Positions 28,401 through 40,869 of a stretch of DNA of 64,000 nucleotides are shown piece by piece (within the stretch, counting starts at the first letter, position 1; every line of letters begins with the position of its first letter). The position numbers and the translations under genes are program-made. Below the pieces are notes generated by a model. It was not told the DNA's origin. It searched no databases and was given only the letters and a program-made list of their open reading frames with translations. This DNA is from Blasia pusilla (lineage: Eukaryota). Where the stretch lies: the NCBI GenBank assembly GCA_050084515.1, contig CM114271.1, positions 46,314,001 through 46,378,000 of the forward strand, written 5' to 3'.

Positions 28401-28940
28401 CACCACCTTTTCTCACCTCCACCCTCACCAAGGGTTCTAAAAAACAGAAAACTTTGCCAAGAGGGGCAACCCAACACTAGGAACACAAAGGAAAAGAAAA
28501 AACTTGAAATGACTACTCCCACATGGATTTAAAAATAATAAACCCCAAAATAGGTGGGGGGAGCATGAAAGATTAAAAAGGAGTCGGAACCGTTGAAGTA
28601 GTGCCAAGAGGTAATCCTCAGGTTCCTCCCAAGTTTGATCCCCATCCAATGGTGGGATGAAAAGATAGCTCCATGTTAACGTGAAATTGACACAAAGACT
28701 TATGACCATCCTACTCAAAGCCTTTCTCCTCCTTGTTGACACCACCTTTTCTCACCTCCACACTCACCAAGGGTTCCACAAAATAGGAAAATTTTCCCAG
28801 AGGGACACCCCAACACCACAAACACATGGAAAAAGAAAAAACTTGAAATGTCAACTCCCACATGGATTTAAAAATCGTAAACCCCAAAGGAGGTTTTTTT
28901 TTTTGAGAGGAGCATGAAGGGTTAAAATGCAGATCGGAAC
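28401..28940. repeat. Direct duplication of about 190 bp, offset about 340 bp
   Basis: CACCACCTTTTCTCACCTCCAC...ACTCCCACATGGATTTAAAAAT occurs at 28401 and 28740. Confidence 0.85.
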
Positions 28941-28979
28941 TAAATGGTAAGAATTGCCATTAATCTCTCCCAAACTGAT

Positions 28980-31900
28980 CTATCCCCCAAAATGCTATCT
29001 TCTTCCTGTCCTCCAACCTGATAGGAAGTTGATGATAGCCACCACGGAGATCTAAGGTACTGAAAATCTTTGCATGCCCTACCGCATCAAAGATCTCCTC
29101 ATGAGTAGGCATGGCATATCAATCTGACCTTCTCTATTGATTGATAGGTTAGTAATCCCCACACATCCGTCTATCCATCCAATTGCCATACATATCCTTC
29201 TTTTCCAACATGACTGTGGCAGATGCATACTCCCCATGCGATAACTCCACAAGTCCTACCTCCAACAAATCCTGACTCCTGCCCCGAATCAAGGCTCGCT
29301 CCATATCAAAATACTTATAGTGTTGACGAAAGATCGGCGTATCACTAGCCAACTCAATCCGTATCCCGAGACCCTTCAGCGTACCTAAGTCTCTCATACT
29401 AAAGGCAAAACAACTTACATTCCCTCTCAAAAACCTATGAACTCACCGTCGCGCTCCTCCTATCAACTTGAGAGTTATCACAGGCTTCCAAGTCCCCATC
29501 GTAACTTCACTCGGAGAGGACGCAACCTTCGGCTTTGGTTGCTATGTAGTAACCCTGGCCATCTCCGCGAAAACCACTCCACTCTGACCTCCTACACCAT
29601 GCTCCACATCCAAAAAATGAACATATGTTGCTATGGCTGCCTTCGCATTCTATGCTCAAACGACGTCCCAGGAAGTCCATGGGTGCCTATCTCTCCTCGT
29701 CCCGCCCCCAGCCAATGCTTGTACAGACCCGGTAGGCAATGCTCCAACTCGTGGACGTGACCGCATGGATGACACTCGCATCTGTCTTTGCTCAGCCATA
29801 CCCAAGCTAACTATCCATGTGAGAAAGTTGAGGTCCATTGCCTGCCCCAATACCTATCTCCATGATACCTCAGTCATACCTGGCACCGTAGTAGAACCTG
29901 TAGCAAACCTCGTTGCACGCTCGCACTCATCTGCCATAGGCTCCTCCAATGCTCGGGTCACCTCATCCCAAATCATGCGTGGCCCTCCGTGGAAAAAGGC
30001 ATGGGATGTTGGGAAGGTGACCAACGTAGGTAAGGCTACCCTCAACTCCCCCACCCTATTGGCTATCGCCAATGATGGTCTATCATCCCGCGTCATCGGC
30101 CATCTGACATCGACGCCCTAAGCCCAAAATAGCATCCACTATGAGATGTGGTGCTCTTTGAACTCTATCGTATGCTCAACTCAGTACCACTGATGGTATC
30201 AGGTTTGTCCACCACATCCGTGGATGATGGGCACGTGAGCCAACTCTCACTGCATCTAACAACACAGCAGGTTCTAACCAAGATCTGATCTGATGCATAC
30301 TCGTCACTACACGTGCAGGAGTGTCTCCCAGCAATGGCACATTCTCCAAAATGTACATCAGGGAACATGTCTCACTCTCATGCAAGTGTTGCACTACTCG
30401 CAACGTCTCCCAAAATATCCTTGATCTGGGATCCTGCAATCCAAACTCTTGGCCAACTCTTGAATGACCATGACATGGCCATCCAAAAATCACCAAATGA
30501 ATGGTGCCAACGTTATCCAGATCGTGCACCCCCACTAAAGAGATATCGGCGGGTAGTGTATGCTGATACCCTTGTATTGGAGCTACCGGCAACAACTTAG
30601 GATACCTCTGGACCAATCTCGCCACGTGGCGTAATGATACTCGCCGCATGGTCTCATCTCTCTCTACATAAAGGTATTGATGCACACGAATACCCTCCTG
30701 CAACACCGCAGCTAATCCGGTGCTAATCCCTCCGAAGAGATCTAACACCCTAATCCCCTCCTCTAGACACTACCACACAACGGGTGTGGTATCCAATGGT
30801 GTGAACGTCTCCACTCCATGAGCCCGATCGCCACTTGAATCTTGCTACTTCGGGATAAAGGCATGACTCCATGCCTATCTCACGAGGTCGTCGGCACTCC
30901 TCTGTAGCTCTCGAGTCGTACCCCACAATGGTGAAGAGGTCTCGCCAACATGGGAAGAGACACCTCCCATGGCATGTCTCTTCATGGGACTATCCGCTAC
31001 TGGGACATCCTTTGCATGTGCGTTCCCCTCCAACAACTCTCTTGGCCAGCTAACACTACCTGTGAAAGCTGCCAATGTGGTCACAGACTCATCGCGTGGT
31101 CGAACACCATCGCGTTGCGGCAAACTCTACGGGTAACTGACTCATCCTCCCATCACGTGACCACCACCCTGGCCGATAAGCAACGGTTTCTCCCATAAGT
31201 CAAGGATGAATCCTAGAGGATATAGCTCTACACTCCCCACCAACACATCGTTTGACTCAGCTGGTGTTGTAATCGCACGTGTGCATACCATAGCACTATC
31301 CGTCGCATGCTATGGCTAGACTCTGAAAACTATCTCTTTTTTAGTCATATACTGCGTGCGTGATACGCCCCCAATCAAGGTCTGTATCTGGAAGGGAGAA
31401 GGCTCAATGTCGGCCTTCCGTAACCCCAACGCTAAACACGCCGCCTTCCCTAACATCAAGGGTTGCGCTCCTGAATCAAGTAGGATGCGATGCGGGTGGT
31501 ACATTGTCCCAGTCGGACTAACCAAGTGAAAAACTCAAGCTCAGTTATCCAATAACACCATGCCAGGTGTCACCACGGCTTGCTCTATGGTCGATCGAGA
31601 TGCCATGACTCTGTGGGGAATGTCCTGAGCACTTGCTCTGAGGGCAAGTCCACCACCTCCCCCAACTACCTTTGAATGAGAGGCACTCACCACTCCATGC
31701 TCATACAACATGGCGGCCAACCGGAACACCTTAGTTGGTCCAACTCCCAATATCACGAACTCTATGGCAGAAAATAACAGAGCCTGGCTCACCTTGGTGG
31801 CCACCTCCAACACTGTGGTCGACACTTACTCCACTCAAGCCAGTACATGAGCTGCCACTCCAACTCCTCAAAATGTCGAGGCACCTGCGTGACTAGTAGG

Positions 31901-32140
31901 CACCACTAGTCGTCGAGGCACCATCAATGGAGTGTATAATACCTCTAACAACGTGAACGATTGTGGAACCCGGGCCTGCCGCCCATCGGTTCCCTTCGAT
32001 GGGTCAATCTCGCAGCATCTCGAGTCACTACTGCAGTAGCCTCAACCTGAGCCACACTACACAAGTCATAAGGGTTTTGAAGTCTTGGCATGTCCAACAG
32101 GGATACACAATGACTCGGTACATCACAACCTTGGCACATT
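28980..32140 (-). mobile_element. DNMT-Gypsy pol fragment (RT N-terminus, DNMT, protease), probably the upstream half of copy B
   Basis: 29149-29430 RT start (RRMCGDY); 29650-30790 DNMT; 31316-31525 LLDSGAQ protease. Same strand and collinear with 10542-19527. Confidence 0.88.
29790..30790 (-). pseudogene. DNMT3-like C5 cytosine methyltransferase domain (copy B)
   Basis: A single 190-aa ORF (30176-30748) has LDLFGGISTGL, YLYVERD, GWPCHG with intact catalytic PC, ILENVP and AHHPRMWWTNL; motif X GQAMDL lies at about 29830-29850. Confidence 0.93.
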
Positions 32141-34929
32141 TCATCTGGATCCCAATGGGCGAACAGAGGGGCTTTTGAACATGGAAAAAATTAAACTTAG
32201 ATGGGGGAGAAGGAGAATTTGCAAGAAACACCAACAAACCAAACTAGAATGGAAGCGGATGGAGACCTACCAAGACGAGGAGCAGTGACATTTGCAACAC
32301 CAGTAAACATACCCACATTTTTGGTGGATCGGGATTGCCATACACTGGAGATGATATCCATCGAGAGGGGTTCTCAAACGACGGATAAGATCTTATTGGA
32401 TCAGGATATGCAGACTTTGGATGTGGTGCACATTACCAGAGCTTCTCAAACACCAAATCTTCAGGTTTTCAGTATATTATGTCAAAAATATATAATTCTT
32501 ACAATGGATCAGCAAGTGCAAGCAGAATCTTGTGCACCCGTAATGGTCACTTAGGTTGTCAAAAGGAGCCTATACAGATAGTCAGTAGGCATTGCCAAAC
32601 AGAGACTGTCTTTGCAATCAACCAATTCATTCAAACAGATCCAAATCTAATAATGGTTAATGGATTTGCCCAAACTGAGGGGTGTTATTTCTCCTACTAT
32701 GATCAGAATGATGTTGTGAAATGACGGCCCCCTGTGTTGAGTGAAGAATATTGGTATTTAGTTGAGGGGCATGAAGAGAAGGTTGGTTGTGAGTGGCGGC
32801 TAATCAATTTGCGATCAAAGTCAAATCATTCTATACCTGATGAACAACCATCTTCAGAGTTGGAGGTGCCACATGTGCTGAAGAGTGGGTCAGGACATAT
32901 TTTTACACGAAATCTGTAACTAGGTGGAGGTGATTTTGTTGTTGGAGAAAATCCAACGTTTCCATCAACAAGCTTTAAGGTAGTGACACAAACACGTAGG
33001 CTACATCATCAAAGCTTACGGAACACAAAATGATTAGATAGACATAAGGAGACTATCTTCTATTTCATGTGGCTATTCTTAGTCTTGGGTTCTTCGCGAT
33101 TTTTGTGCTTGGCGGCTTATTAAACTTTTCATTTATTGCACTCACATAAGCTTGGTGGAGTCATCTTGCGGCTATTAACAGTTCATGGTGCTTATTCATA
33201 CTCTTGGATTGATTTACACTGTTGGGTTGTTGGAAAATATTGCACTTACAAGCTAATCAGTTAAGCTTATTTCTCAAAGGTACTTGGTAGAATACGTCTC
33301 CTAGCGGCTACTTAGAGTTTATGGCGCTTATTTGTAGTCCCCTTAGCTTATGGACAATCTTGGTGGTTGTTTGAATATCTGGAGGCTATTTGCAATCAGT
33401 AAGTGTGTCGTGCTTTTCTCATGCATTTGTGTTTCCTATGCTACAGGAGGATAGCCAAGCAACACACGAGGATAACCGAGCAATGTCACCCTCAAGGGGC
33501 ACCCGATACTTGTTGATGAGCAAATATTTGAATTGTGCATGTCATATGTAGGTGTCAAGCTTGAGCATTCAACGCATCTTCACTGTTGGGAGGATAAAAT
33601 ACATCGAAGAGAGAAATCAACTACTAGATTAGACAAGTACTTTGATATCTTGGAGAACAGGCACACCACATTGATATATGAGAGGGAGCAACTTTTCTTA
33701 AACCTTGAACTATCTGGCTATGACTCATTTGCCTTGTGGTTGGAAGCATTGGATAGAGTGTCGGCAATGAAAGAGACCATTACTTGGATTTTAGTATTCA
33801 CAACTGAACTCTTCACAATGCTGGCTATCTCATGTGAGGAGGGAGATGAAAAAATCAACCCTAGGGAAATCTCTCAAGGAGATATAGAAATTGCATAGGC
33901 TTTCTAAAAATTTTAAGGAGTAGAAACAATAGGGTTAAATTTAACTCGAGTTTACATCTCAATGCACTAAATTTTGCGTCACTTGAATCGGATAGTAAAG
34001 GCTTTCTTTCTTCATGACTTCTAGAAGTGGTTGGTGAGTCTAAGTATCATAAGTGTTTGTAATGACACGAATCTCATCTCCATAATTGTTGTTCTTTTGG
34101 TGGCTAACAATTGACTTCTAGGATTTCTTTTTAGCCACAGGAAGATTTCGATAAAAAACAATGAGATCAATTGAATGATGCCTAAAATTTGTGACTTTTA
34201 TTATTGAAGTGAAGTAAAACCGAGTACATGTCCTTCCAAAACACTCCTACTGTCTTAGAACCAAAACACTCCTACTATCTTGGAACATCCACTTCACCAG
34301 CGAGAGCTTCCTTTAGAAAATCAACTAATGTCCTATTAGTTGCTAGAGAGGTACAAATTCCATGACAAACTTCTTGAAGTTGAGTGTGAAGAACATCCAC
34401 GTTAGTTGCTATGTCGTCAAGGTTCTTTTGCAGCCCTTGAACTTGTACTAGGACGCTATGCAATGTAACATGCAAGTTCTATTGCAAGCCTTCATCGAGA
34501 TGATGCTCTCAAAAGGAGCAAGTGACATCTTCCAATGATGCAACCGAGGTTTTATCCACCACCTGAGGTTTAGGACCAACGTTCACCACAAGCGGAAATG
34601 ACGGAATAGGCAAAAAATGTTATGAGTGGCGGTAGGAACAATACTTTCCCCTGCTCCTACTCTATGTTCCACAAGAAACATCCACTTGCCACTAGATTGT
34701 GTCTGAACATGAGATATCTGCTCTTCGATGGTCATCTTCTCAAAATCAACAGTAGTCATGCCCATAATCGCATCTCCACCTTGCCAAATGATAAAACGAT
34801 GCATAGTTTCTAGCACGTAATCTACCACATCATTGTCAATTAAACGAAGGAAAAAACATCCACCTTGTCACTAATCCATATTCGACACATAAATTATTGC
34901 TACCCTATACTAGCGAGATTCTCACCCGA

Positions 34930-35233
34930 GTCAGGGTAAGAGGTAGAAGTTGGAGCCACACTAGCTATTCTAAGCTCCGTGCCTTCTCTAAGTTGGATCA
35001 TCGTCATGGTAGCAATCATATGCTCCAACTGATTGATGCACGAGAGAAGCGCCATCTCTAGGCTCTCGTTCCATCTCCTTTGGCTGGTGGTGGTCCTCTA
35101 CCATCACGTCCAGTAACAACTCCTCGACCTCGTCTAAGATGACCGGCCCCAAGCCCTCGGCCTACCTTTGGACGTACCTCTCGACGAAGGTCAAAATATC
35201 TATTCCTAGAGTGACCATATATGTGGCAATAGT
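34930..35233 (-). pseudogene. gag zinc-knuckle fragment related to the DNMT-Gypsy gag, cut by the Copia insertion
   Basis: YCHIYGHSRNRYFDLRREVRP plus an RG-rich tail resembles the 5150-5330 region of copy A. Confidence 0.55.
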
Positions 35234-38127
35234 TATTGAAGATTGAGTTACAATCAAAGCTCATGAGATACCTGAACTCCTACATTTGGTACTCACACGA
35301 AGTAGGGGAGCTTAATCTTGGTTAGTCAGTTAAGCGCGATTATCTTAACTAGGGTTAGTTAATCACAATTAGTCTAACTCGACACTAAGATTAGGATTAG
35401 GGTTTCTTGTAGATATCCTATATAATTGAGAAGGGGATCAGCCTCCACTCATTCTCTCATTGCAACTTTTGTTCTCTATGGTGATGTGTGTGTGTGAGAG
35501 CCGTTTTCCACCAGTTATGCTTGTTAAGCAGTTTTCCACATGATATCAGAGGTATAGGAGAACATCACTTGAAATTCTTGGTGTTTGAGGAGAGAAGAGA
35601 GGCAAGAGAAGGAAAAAATTCAGTTTGGAAGAAGGAAGTTTTATTCAGAGCTCAGTCGGTATAGATTTCATGTGGAGCTTTGACGGTGATAAAACTTTGG
35701 AGGCATTTTTTAAGGCATTCTCGGTCAATTAAGCCGTTGGATCCATAGCGGCTAGAATGACACCATAATGTGGTTCTATTCTTATTGAAGAGCCCGTTGA
35801 GAGCTTTCCAATGCATCCAAAATTGCTCAATTCTGACTTTCAGAGCTTTTGCAGTAGCAATTTCAGTGTAGGAAAGTGCAATTAGTGAAGAAAAGTTGTG
35901 CAGTTCGCTCTCTACAGGCCAATTTCGACTAGTTCTTTCATACACTTGATCAATTTTGGAAAATTTCAGGTCAATTTCTGTGTTGGAGTAGTCTATGCTT
36001 CAATTAGAGCAGTAGAAAGCCTGAAATTATGTTTTTGTGAATGAAATCGTTCGTCATGGAGTATTCCTCCACAGTAATCACAGGCGAGAAGCTAGATAAG
36101 CAGAATCACAATGTCTTGAAGTTTCGCATGCATGAAAAAATTATGGGTCAAGAACTATGGGAGCTTGTCACAGGTGATGAGGCCAAGCCAGAGGGCGACT
36201 CAATAGACTTGAATATTCGCGCCTGGAACAAACGCGCAAGGCAAGTAATTCACTACATTTCAATAACGATCAGTTCGCCAATGATAGGTCACATTCAAGA
36301 TGTTGATATTCCGAAGGAGGCCTGGGATGCATTGGAAAAGATATTCCAGACATCTATAAAGGCCACAAAGCTTCAATTGAAACAACAATTGAACGAAGTG
36401 AGGAAAGGATCGTAGAGCATCAATGATTATATTTTGAGTATCAGACATATTGTTGATCAGTTGAATAGCATTGGAGTAACAGTAGAAGATGATGATCTTA
36501 TTCTATTCATTCTTCAAGGCCTTCCAAAGGATTACAAGCCCTTTGAGATCTCTATCTCTGTGAGAGAGAAGTATCCAACCTTTCAAGAGTTAGTACTAAT
36601 GTTAATCAGTGAAGAGATGCGCCTAGTAGGCAGCCGTAGCTCGTCTAGTTTGTAAGAGAGTGTGCTATTCGCACGTTATGGATCAAACAGATGCAGCGGT
36701 AGCTCGTCTAGTGTGCAAGAGAGTGCATTATTTGCAGGTTATGGATCAAAAAGAGGCAAGGGTCGTGGCAGAAACTTCCGTGATCGTGGTGGATATCAAG
36801 CATATGGAAGAAGAGGCACTCAATATAACATCATACAATCAACTACGAACGAGTACCAGACACAATCATAAGTTGGTGATGGTGGAAACCGTTGGGATCA
36901 ATGTCAGCAGTAGAGGGTCCGTGGATCTTGCAATTACTGTGGGATAAAGGGTCATTTTGCAAAGTTTTGCTTCAAGAAGAAGGCATATATGAGAACAGGA
37001 GCTTACAGCAACAAAACTATGTGGAGCAACAACACCAAGAGCAGTACCAAGAATAACAACATTCACAAATGGAGCATCTCTTGGTTATGACTCATCATAT
37101 GGGAGCAATGGTCAAGAAAGACTCGACAACAGATTGGTATATTAACTCTGGTGCATCAAATCAGATGACCTCACAAGCTAAATGGTTCAGTAGTTTGGAA
37201 CCGGTGAAAGATCTTGCAATTGTGCTCACAGGAGATGATACTCAACATCATATCACGCATACCGGTAAAGTTCCAATAGCATAAGATGGTCTTTGTGCTT
37301 TTGGAAATGTTCTCTATGTTCCTACCATTGTAAGAAACCTTATTTCTGTAGGACAGATAGTAGAACAAGGTTATCAAGTGAAGTTTAGCATAAATGGTTC
37401 TTTCATTGAATCAATGGATGACCAAACTACGACAGCCAAAGGAACTAGATCTGGAAGAATGTTCAAATTAGATGTTTCTATGCCAGAAATTCAAACATCA
37501 ATGTATGGTCAAATCGGCCAACAAATCACAGATCTAAATGTGTGGCATAAAAGAATTGGACATATGAATCTTCAAATATTATAGAGTCTTTCATCATCTA
37601 ATACAGTAATAGGACTCCTTAAATTAGCGAGTCCTGCTACATTAGAGGTATGTCTTGCTTGCCAATTTGGAAAACAAGCTAGATTTCCTTTTCCAAAGCA
37701 AGGTAGAAGAGCATCCAGGATATTGGAGTTGATTCACAGTGATGTATGGACAGCATCACAACATAGCCTTAGTGGTTGCCAATACTTTCTTTCATTTATT
37801 GATGACTTCTCTAGGTATATATGGATATACTTTCTGAAACCAAACTGAGAGGTATTCTTAGTGTTCCAAACATTCAGAGTTCTAGTAGAGAAGCAAACCG
37901 GAGAACACATTCTGAAATTGCATTGTGATGGAGGAGGAGAGTATCTTTCAACAGAGTTGGATGATTATTTACGTCAGAATGGCATCCAACGTCAAATGAA
38001 TTTCCGTTACATTCCAGAACAAAATGGAGTGGCTGAGAGGAAGAATCGACATATTGCTGAAGCGTCACGAGCTATGCTAAATGAGAAGAACATGCTTAAG
38101 GTCTATTGGATAGAGGTTGTAGCATGT
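35234..38127 (+). mobile_element. Second copy of the same Ty1/Copia family, 3'-truncated within integrase
   Basis: LTR 35234-35540 matches 13064-13367; PBS-like TGATATCAGAG; gag 36041-37060 with a CNYCGIKGH knuckle; WYINSGAS; QNGVAERKNR. Confidence 0.94.
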
Positions 38128-38393
38128 CCAATATTGTTATGTATTCCCTAACAATGGGTGTAGGTTCGGAAAAAGGATCTTAGAGTGTTTAGGTGGGCTA
38201 AGAGGATGGGTTATTTAATGCCCTTTTTTTCTCTTCTCATTCAAAATTTTTTCCAAAAATTTGCCGTTGGCAAAGAAAAATGAAGGAAAACAACGGTTGG
38301 AGAGTGCAGTCCAACGGAAAGTTGAATTGTTGTGTTCAGGAAGGTTGAATTGTTCCTAAAAAAGGAATCTATAGATTCTCTTTTTATTGAAAT

Positions 38394-38585
38394 TGTAGGT
38401 GCTATGATTTAAAGGTACAAAAGAAGCACCCCATTTGCTGCACAAACGGCTGTAGAAAATGCTATTAATTAGAATGTTAGTTGATCAAGGTATGAAACAA
38501 GGTGAAGTAATGATTAGTGGCCCAGGCCCATGAAGAGATACAGCACTACGAAAAATTCGTTGAAGTGGTATAATACTTAGTTTTG
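38394..38585 (+). pseudogene. rps11: Plastid rps11 fragment (NUPT)
   Basis: Translates with frameshifts and stops to FKGT...[50 protein letters not shown]. Confidence 0.9.
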
Positions 38586-40559
38586 AATAAGTCATGTTTG
38601 CATATGTTTATAAACAGAACGTACCTTTTAAATTGGTGTTGAATACATAGGCAGATGTCATTTTATTTGTCTTTTTTGAGATCAATAACCATTGCTCCAT
38701 CTAACAGGGTCTGATTGTTGTGAGATCTTCTTTTCCAAAGTTGAAGGGATGGCAGGTCATGAACGCAATTATGATTTTGGAGTTCTCCTAGATTTTGTGT
38801 CAAGTTTGAACAGATTGGCAGCATTGGAATTTGGTGTAGAAGGTTTGAAACTAGGTAGAGCTTATAAGAAAATGGTGCATATTTGGCATGATTTACAATC
38901 TTTCACTTCCATTTCAAGTGCCTTCGTAACTCGATGATTATAGTAGTGTTGCAAAAAATGCCTTGGTGGTGGAGGCCTTGAAGCAAGGTTTGTGGGAGGC
39001 ACAAAATCTATGCACAAAGTTGGAGATGAATCCTCATACATGGGAGATAGATACAAGGTGGTGGTACACGCCTTCAATTATAGAGATCCAAATTTGGAAA
39101 AAAGATGCCATATCAATATGGAATGAGGAAATTGATCCAAATGAAGATCGCCAAGTAGATGGTGATTATACCCATGAGAATGAGAATGCTCCTATAAGAG
39201 CTAGTGATCTTGGAAGATCAAACTCAATTAAAGTGACTAGTAGACCTTCTAGAGAACAAGATGACTTGGTGGACAGTGCATTGTGGAACACAATTGATAT
39301 TTGTCCACATTTACCTGGAGATGAGGAGATGTTAGATGATGGATTGGATGACTTGGATGTTGCCGGGAATAAGGTTTGTTATGTATTTGGGGAAATCATC
39401 TCATCTTAGATTGAGGATAGGAGAGAGGGCTCTCAAAAGGTGGTTCCACTGGTTACATTTCAAGGAAGTCGAATTTATAAGTTAGCTCTTGTGAGTTAAC
39501 TTGTGGAAAATCTTTCATTGTCAAAAGATAGGCTGAGAAGAGTTCAAAGTATCAAGAAGGTGAAATATTCCATTCATTGGAATAGTATTTGAGAGACTAG
39601 GGATAATTCAAGTGAGAGGTTGATTATTGATATTGGATCTAATATTGTTGTTGTGTTTGCAGTTGGATCGGACGCTCAACAAGCATGTAAGACAACTCGA
39701 TCATTAGTGGTTGCAAGGAAGGGAAAGGGGAAAGCATCAACATCCAGGCCCAAGGAAATAATAAAGGATTCAATATTAAGTGGGACTGATCATGTTATTT
39801 GGATTGGGTGGATTCAGAAAATTAGAAGGAAGTATGGACCAAATTTTGCTCGACCTAGGCATGAGGTGGGCTTGTTCGATAGACGCGTGCCTTTGAATGA
39901 AAATGGACAATTTGTATGTCAAGTTATGTGTAATTGGTATAAGCCTCTAGGTTATAGTAAGACAAGGTTCAAATATAATGAGGTAGATTGACATTGAGAT
40001 GGTTGTGATCTTAGTAACAATGAGGGTCACAAGTGGTGGTGTGGTTAGTACAAGGACTCTATATGAGAATGATTGAAAGGCTCTAGATAAATTCTTAGAG
40101 GAGAATCATAGTTTGGTTGTCGATTGATATAAGCTCCTTATTCTATATGGCTGCAAATACAACATAGCCCTAATGGGGATTGAGATCCATGAAATTAACA
40201 AATTATACATGTAGCTTTTGTTCATATCAATTCATTTACAAATGTTGGAGTTGCAGGTTTCTATGGTTGCATACAACTATTGAATATCAATCTTGAATGT
40301 TTAATTTTTATCTGTATACATCATAAAAGGTTTGTTTTCAAATTCTGGGCATAAAAGTTTTTGGGCTCTTCTAATTTTTGGATAAGAAAAAAAATTCTTA
40401 CAAGAAAGGGTTGTAAATACCCCAAATCCACTTTTAAGATAGGGTCCTTAATATATTGTTGCTGATGTAATTAGGAGCTTTAAAATTAGGGCGGAAAAAT
40501 TAAAAAGGGGTTATTTAATAGGGTCTCGCACACACATAATCTAGAGTTCTATACGAAGA

Positions 40560-40860
40560 GTGAGGACTTGGAGCACATCATACAACACCGATCTTCTCAA
40601 CACACATATCAATCCATCCATAAACGAAACACCCTCTTGTATATACATTGAGATCACACAACTGTCCCCCTAGTTGGCAGTTGGGTCCCTAACTCCAAAT
40701 AGCAAACACATACGTACCTAACAAAATCTAATATCCTATACATATCTAGCACCATTGGTGCCATCATCCTTGCAACACTACAAATACCTATCGTATTGAT
40801 CTCTATGAAGATATCTAACACTCTCGTAACCTGCTCCAAACGCTGCCACACAACACGTGT
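40560..40860 (-). mobile_element. 3' UTR and terminal-module fragment of the DNMT-Gypsy family
   Basis: GAGATCACACAACTGTCCCCCTAGTTGGCAGTTGG matches 11257-11290. Confidence 0.65.
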
Positions 40861-40869
40861 GATACTTAG

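Noticed and set aside
30176-30748. Host DNMT3/DRM gene or bacterial restriction-modification contaminant
   Set aside because: Intronless, flanked by protease and/or RT in every copy, and decayed together with the element; no restriction enzyme partner is present.
36629-36730. About 63-bp tandem duplication in the gag of the second Copia copy
   Set aside because: Routine indel difference between decayed copies.
38143-38165. FPNNGCR resembling the rps11 C-terminal PHNGCR motif
   Set aside because: Too short and upstream of the NUPT, out of order; likely chance.
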